From Thermoplasmata archaeon (GTDB lineage Archaea; Thermoplasmatota; Thermoplasmata; RBG-16-68-12): a DNA stretch of 64,000 bases. The notes under the pieces were generated by a model that was not told where the DNA came from, made no database searches, and saw only the letters and a program-made list of their open reading frames with translations. Of the stretch, positions 60,734 to 64,000 are shown one piece after another (within the stretch, counting starts at the first letter, position 1; each line of letters opens with the position of its first letter). The position numbers and the translations under genes are program-made. Where the stretch lies: assembly GCA_035283365.1 (NCBI GenBank), contig DATETY010000069.1, positions 21,432-85,431 on the forward strand, given 5' to 3'.

Positions 60734-62077
60734 ATGGTCCTCGAGAAGCTCGGCTCCTCCCTGCGCGACGCCCTGCGCAAGATCGCGGGCTCGAGCTACG
60801 TCGACGAGGCCCTCATCAAGGAGATCGTCCGGGACATCCAGCGGGCCCTTCTCCAGGCGGACGTGAACGTCCAGCTGGCCCTCGGGATCACGAAGCAGCT
60901 CCAGCGCCGCGCCCTCGAGGAGTCCCCGCCTGCGGGGATGAGCCCGCGGGAGCACGTGGTCCGGATCATCTACGAGGAACTCGTGAAGGTCCTCGGCACG
61001 TCCCGGGAGGTCCCGATCCAGAAGCAACGGATCCTGCTCGTCGGTCTGTACGGCCAGGGGAAGACGACGACCGCGGGGAAGCTCGGGAAGTACTTCCAGA
61101 AGAAGGGCCTGAATGTCGGGCTCGTCGCGGCGGACGTCCACCGCCCCGCGGCATACGACCAACTTCGTCAGATCGCGGACCAGATTAAGGCCCCGTTCTA
61201 CGGGGAGCCGGGCGGGAAGGACGCGGTGAAGATCGTGAAGGCGGGCCTCAAGGCCCTGGAAGCCGCGGACGTCGTGATCGTGGACTCGTCCGGGCGGCAC
61301 GCCCTCGAGCCGGACCTGATCGAAGAGATCAAGGCGGTCGGGAAGGCGTTCGCGGCGGACGAGCGGCTCCTCGTCGTGGATGCGACGATCGGGCAGCAGG
61401 CGGGGCCCCATGCCAAGGCGTTCCACGACGCGGTCGCGATCACGGGGGTCATCGTGACGAAGCTCGACGGGACCGCGAAGGGGGGCGGGGCCCTGAGCGC
61501 CGTCGCGGAAGTCCAGGCGCCCATCGTGTTCATCGGCATCGGGGAGAAGCTCGACGACTTGGAGCGGTTCGAGCCGCCGCGGTTCATCTCCCGCCTCCTC
61601 GGGATGGGGGACCTCGAGTCCCTCCTCGAGAAAGCCCAGGAGACGATCGACGAGGCGAAGGCGGAGGAGCTCACGAAGAAGATCCTCGCGGGGAAGTTCA
61701 CCCTCAACGAGATGTACGACCAGATCGAGATGCTCACGGACATGGGCCCCATGAAGCGGCTCGCCTCGATGATCCCAGGCGTCGCGGGGAAGATGAAGGA
61801 GGAGGACATGGAAGGGACCCAGGTCCGCCTCCGGCGGTTCAAGGTGATCATGGACTCCATGACGGAGGACGAGATGACGGAGCCGAAGAGCGTGAAGTCC
61901 TCCCGGGTCCAGCGGATTGCGCGCGGGGCCGGAGTCGCCCCGAAGGACGTGAAGGAGCTCCTCCGGCATTACGAGATGGCCCGGAAGGCGATCAAGGGCT
62001 TCGCGGGGAACCGCAAGATGCGGAAGCAGCTCCTCAAGCAGCTCGAGGCCGCCGGGATGAGCGCGCCCCAGGAGTGA
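60734..62077 (+). CDS. srp54: signal recognition particle protein SRP54
   Basis: 447 aa with GLYGQGKTTT, VDSSGR, TKLDGTAKGG and a Met-rich M domain. CTTAAT box at 60703-60708. Confidence 0.95.
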   Translation: MVLEKLGSSLRDALRKIAGSSYVDEALIKEIVRDIQRALLQADVNVQLALGITKQLQRRALEESPPAGMSPREHVVRIIYEELVKVLGTSREVPIQKQRILLVGLYGQGKTTTAGKLGKYFQKKGLNVGLVAADVHRPAAYDQLRQIADQIKAPFYGEPGGKDAVKIVKAGLKALEAADVVIVDSSGRHALEPDLIEEIKAVGKAFAADERLLVVDATIGQQAGPHAKAFHDAVAITGVIVTKLDGTAKGGGALSAVAEVQAPIVFIGIGEKLDDLERFEPPRFISRLLGMGDLESLLEKAQETIDEAKAEELTKKILAGKFTLNEMYDQIEMLTDMGPMKRLASMIPGVAGKMKEEDMEGTQVRLRRFKVIMDSMTEDEMTEPKSVKSSRVQRIARGAGVAPKDVKELLRHYEMARKAIKGFAGNRKMRKQLLKQLEAAGMSAPQE

Positions 62078-62148
62078 CGAGCCGCGCTAGCGGCGCACGG
62101 GAAAACTTCAAGACGGAACCCCCGCTACCGCGGCCGGGGCAGAGGACG

Positions 62149-62778
62149 ATGGGCATCAAGGGATGGATCATCCCGCAGGAGAGGCAGTTCTTCGACCTTT
62201 TGGACCGGCTGGCCAAGACGGTCGCGGAGGGCGCGGTCGCGCTCCTCGATCTCCTCCGGGACTTCCGCGACGTGGACGCGAAGCAGCGCCGGATCAAGGA
62301 CATCGAGCACCGCGGGGACGAGATCACCCACCAGGTGCACGAGGAACTGAACAAGACGTTCATCACGCCGATCGACCGGGAGGACATCCAGGACCTCGCC
62401 AGCCGCCTGGACGACGTCTTGGACATGATCGACGCGGGCGCGAACCGGATCCACCTGTACCGGATCGAGCGGCCGAACGAGGCGATGGTCCACCTCGCCG
62501 ACGTGATCGCGCAGTCGACCGCGATGCTGCAGCGGGCCGTCGGAATGATCCGGGACATGAAGCAAGGGGACGAGGTCGAGCGGATCGCCTCCGAGGTCCA
62601 CCGTCTCGAGAACGTCGCGGACGACCTGATGAACAACGCGGTCGCGCGCCTGTTCGAGGGCACGGACCCCGTGCAGATCATCAAGTTCAAAGAGATCATC
62701 GAGGTCCTCGAGCAGGCCACCGACTACTGCGAGGATGTCGCGAACGTCCTGAGTGACGTCGTGGCGAAGAACCGGTAG
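62149..62778 (+). CDS. DUF47 / PhoU-like phosphate transport regulator
   Basis: ATG 62149 gives MGIKGWIIPQERQFFDLLDRLA..., 209 aa, helical, directly upstream of the PiT gene. Confidence 0.8.
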   Translation: MGIKGWIIPQERQFFDLLDRLAKTVAEGAVALLDLLRDFRDVDAKQRRIKDIEHRGDEITHQVHEELNKTFITPIDREDIQDLASRLDDVLDMIDAGANRIHLYRIERPNEAMVHLADVIAQSTAMLQRAVGMIRDMKQGDEVERIASEVHRLENVADDLMNNAVARLFEGTDPVQIIKFKEIIEVLEQATDYCEDVANVLSDVVAKNR

Positions 62779-62788
62779 GCCGACGCCC

Positions 62789-63811
62789 ATGGCCCAGGAG
62801 CTGCTCCTCGCGGGGATCGGTGTCGCGCTCTTCTTCGCGTTCTGGAACGGCTTCACGGACGCGGCGAACGCGATCTCGACGATCGTCGCGACGCGGGTGC
62901 TCGCGCCCGCGAAGGCCGTCGTCCTGTCCGCGATGGGGAACTTCATCGGCCTGTACTTCGGGGGCCAGGTCGCAATCACGATCTGGAGGGGGATTCTGGA
63001 CGACGCGGTCGTCCGAGGGCTCGCGATCTCCGCGGTCGTCCTCGTGATCGCGGCCGTCCTGGGGGGTCTCGTGTACGACGTGATCACCTGGTACTTCGGG
63101 CTCCCCGTGAGCGAGACGCACGTCCTGATCGGGAGCCTGGTCGGGGCGGGACTGTTCTTCGGCGGAGCGAATGCGGTCCTTCTCGGAGGCGTCGTGAACC
63201 GGGTCGTCCTCCCGATGATCTACTCCCCGCTCATCGCGTTCGCGGCCGCCTTCCTGTTCGCCGCCCTCATCATCCGCCTGTTCCGCCGGCACCCCGCGAC
63301 GCGGGCGAACCGGTACTTCCGGAACCTGCAGCTCGTCTCGTCGTTCTTCTTCTCGTTCTCCCACGGGTCCCAGGACGGCCAGAAGACGGTCGGGATCATC
63401 CTCCTCATGCTCGCGGCCGAGGGGCTCATCGCCCCGACCGCAACCCACGCGGACCTGTGGGTCATCACCCTCGTCCAGGTCGCCCTGTCGCTCGGGACCC
63501 TCCTCGGCGGGTGGCGGATCGTCCGGACCATGGCGATGAAGATCACGAAGCTCCGGCCTTACCAGGGATTCGCCGCGGAGACGAGCGGGGCCCTCGTCCT
63601 CGTCGCGATGGCCCAGATCGGGGCCCCAATCAGCACGACCCATGCGATCTCGACGTCCATCATGGGGGTCGGGGCCACTCAGCGGGTGTCCGCCGTGCGC
63701 TGGGGCATCGCGCGGCGGATCGTGGGCGCCTGGATCCTCACCCTGCCGGCGGCCGCCTTCTTCGCGTACGTCGTCGCGTGGATCGCCGCGATCCTCCTAG
63801 GGGTCGCCTAG
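62789..63811 (+). CDS. inorganic phosphate transporter, PiT family
   Basis: ATG 62789 gives 340 aa, polytopic, with NGFTDAANAI and SHGSQDGQKT motifs. Confidence 0.9.
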   Translation: MAQELLLAGIGVALFFAFWNGFTDAANAISTIVATRVLAPAKAVVLSAMGNFIGLYFGGQVAITIWRGILDDAVVRGLAISAVVLVIAAVLGGLVYDVITWYFGLPVSETHVLIGSLVGAGLFFGGANAVLLGGVVNRVVLPMIYSPLIAFAAAFLFAALIIRLFRRHPATRANRYFRNLQLVSSFFFSFSHGSQDGQKTVGIILLMLAAEGLIAPTATHADLWVITLVQVALSLGTLLGGWRIVRTMAMKITKLRPYQGFAAETSGALVLVAMAQIGAPISTTHAISTSIMGVGATQRVSAVRWGIARRIVGAWILTLPAAAFFAYVVAWIAAILLGVA

Positions 63812-64000
63812 CCGTACCTCTCATTGGGCTCGCGGCGCGGAGCCGACCGGATCTGAGTACGGACGCCCACCGTGAAGGCTCTGGACGCCGATGGGAGTCA
63901 GCGAGGAGGGCCGAGATCCGTGCGGGGGGTACCCTCGGTCCCGACGTTCACCGGTCAGGGTAGGACCCGATCCGCTCGGGCTCCCCAAGACGCGGCCTCG

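Noticed and set aside
63812-64000. Possible 3' end of a minus-strand gene (…RADRVLP-stop near 63957) and track ORF 63457..63963(+).
   Set aside because: Too little sequence and no motif support the minus-strand gene. The plus-strand ORF is an Arg/Gly-rich shadow overlapping the PiT gene.
1-64000. Searched by eye for CRISPR repeats, tRNA (GTTCRAATC T-arm, acceptor stems), rRNA, integrase/transposase genes, terminal inverted repeats and toxin-antitoxin pairs.
   Set aside because: I recognised none. The only periodic DNA is the degenerate 186-nt coding repeat inside gene 45719..50206. A covariance-model scan (tRNAscan-SE, Infernal) would be needed to exclude small RNAs formally.

Overview
This window is a GC-rich archaeal chromosomal segment (roughly two-thirds G+C by eye). 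It is densely coding, with about 58 protein genes. I recognised no rRNA, tRNA, CRISPR array or mobile element. The archaeal call rests on the PriS primase, the ribosomal protein LX/L18Ae - prefoldin alpha - FtsY cluster, an archaeal-type SAM synthetase, SRP54, SMC-ScpA-ScpB, and TATA-like boxes 25-35 nt upstream of mostly leaderless start codons. A high-GC euryarchaeote, possibly Thermoplasmatota-like, is only a guess. Content: (1) Two surface-glycan regions lie at 0.5-5.7 plus 11.2-14.8 kb and at 24.3-40.1 kb. They hold GT4/GT2 transferases, an AglH/WecA-like initiating transferase, a WbpA/B/D/E + WecB enzyme set, and a pseudaminic/legionaminic-type nonulosonic-acid cluster with two AsnB-like amidotransferases and an unassigned 616-aa protein. 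(2) A six-gene operon at 5.8-10.9 kb is inserted between the glycan genes. It encodes zinc-ribbon membrane proteins, a TPR protein, a TRASH-like protein and an ABC exporter, and a 59-aa YHS protein missed by the ORF track sits beside it. (3) Housekeeping genes present are rhomboid, priS, rpl18a-pfdA-ftsY, smc-scpA-scpB, hutH, rnz, SAM synthetase, glyA, srp54, and a PhoU-like/PiT pair. (4) Two loci stand out. One is a 1495-aa cytoplasmic protein built from about 21 tandem ~62-residue helical repeats and ending in a C4HC3 RING/PHD-like zinc finger (45719-50206). The other is a three-gene operon that couples a membrane-anchored, sequon-rich protein with a cytoplasmic Roadblock/MglB-like domain to a small TPR protein and a Ras/Rab-like GTPase (57177-59550). 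Many long ORFs in the supplied track are GC-driven shadow frames with Arg/Pro/Gly-rich translations, and I rejected them. Several true starts are internal or non-ATG codons. All family assignments come from motif recognition by eye, not from database searches.
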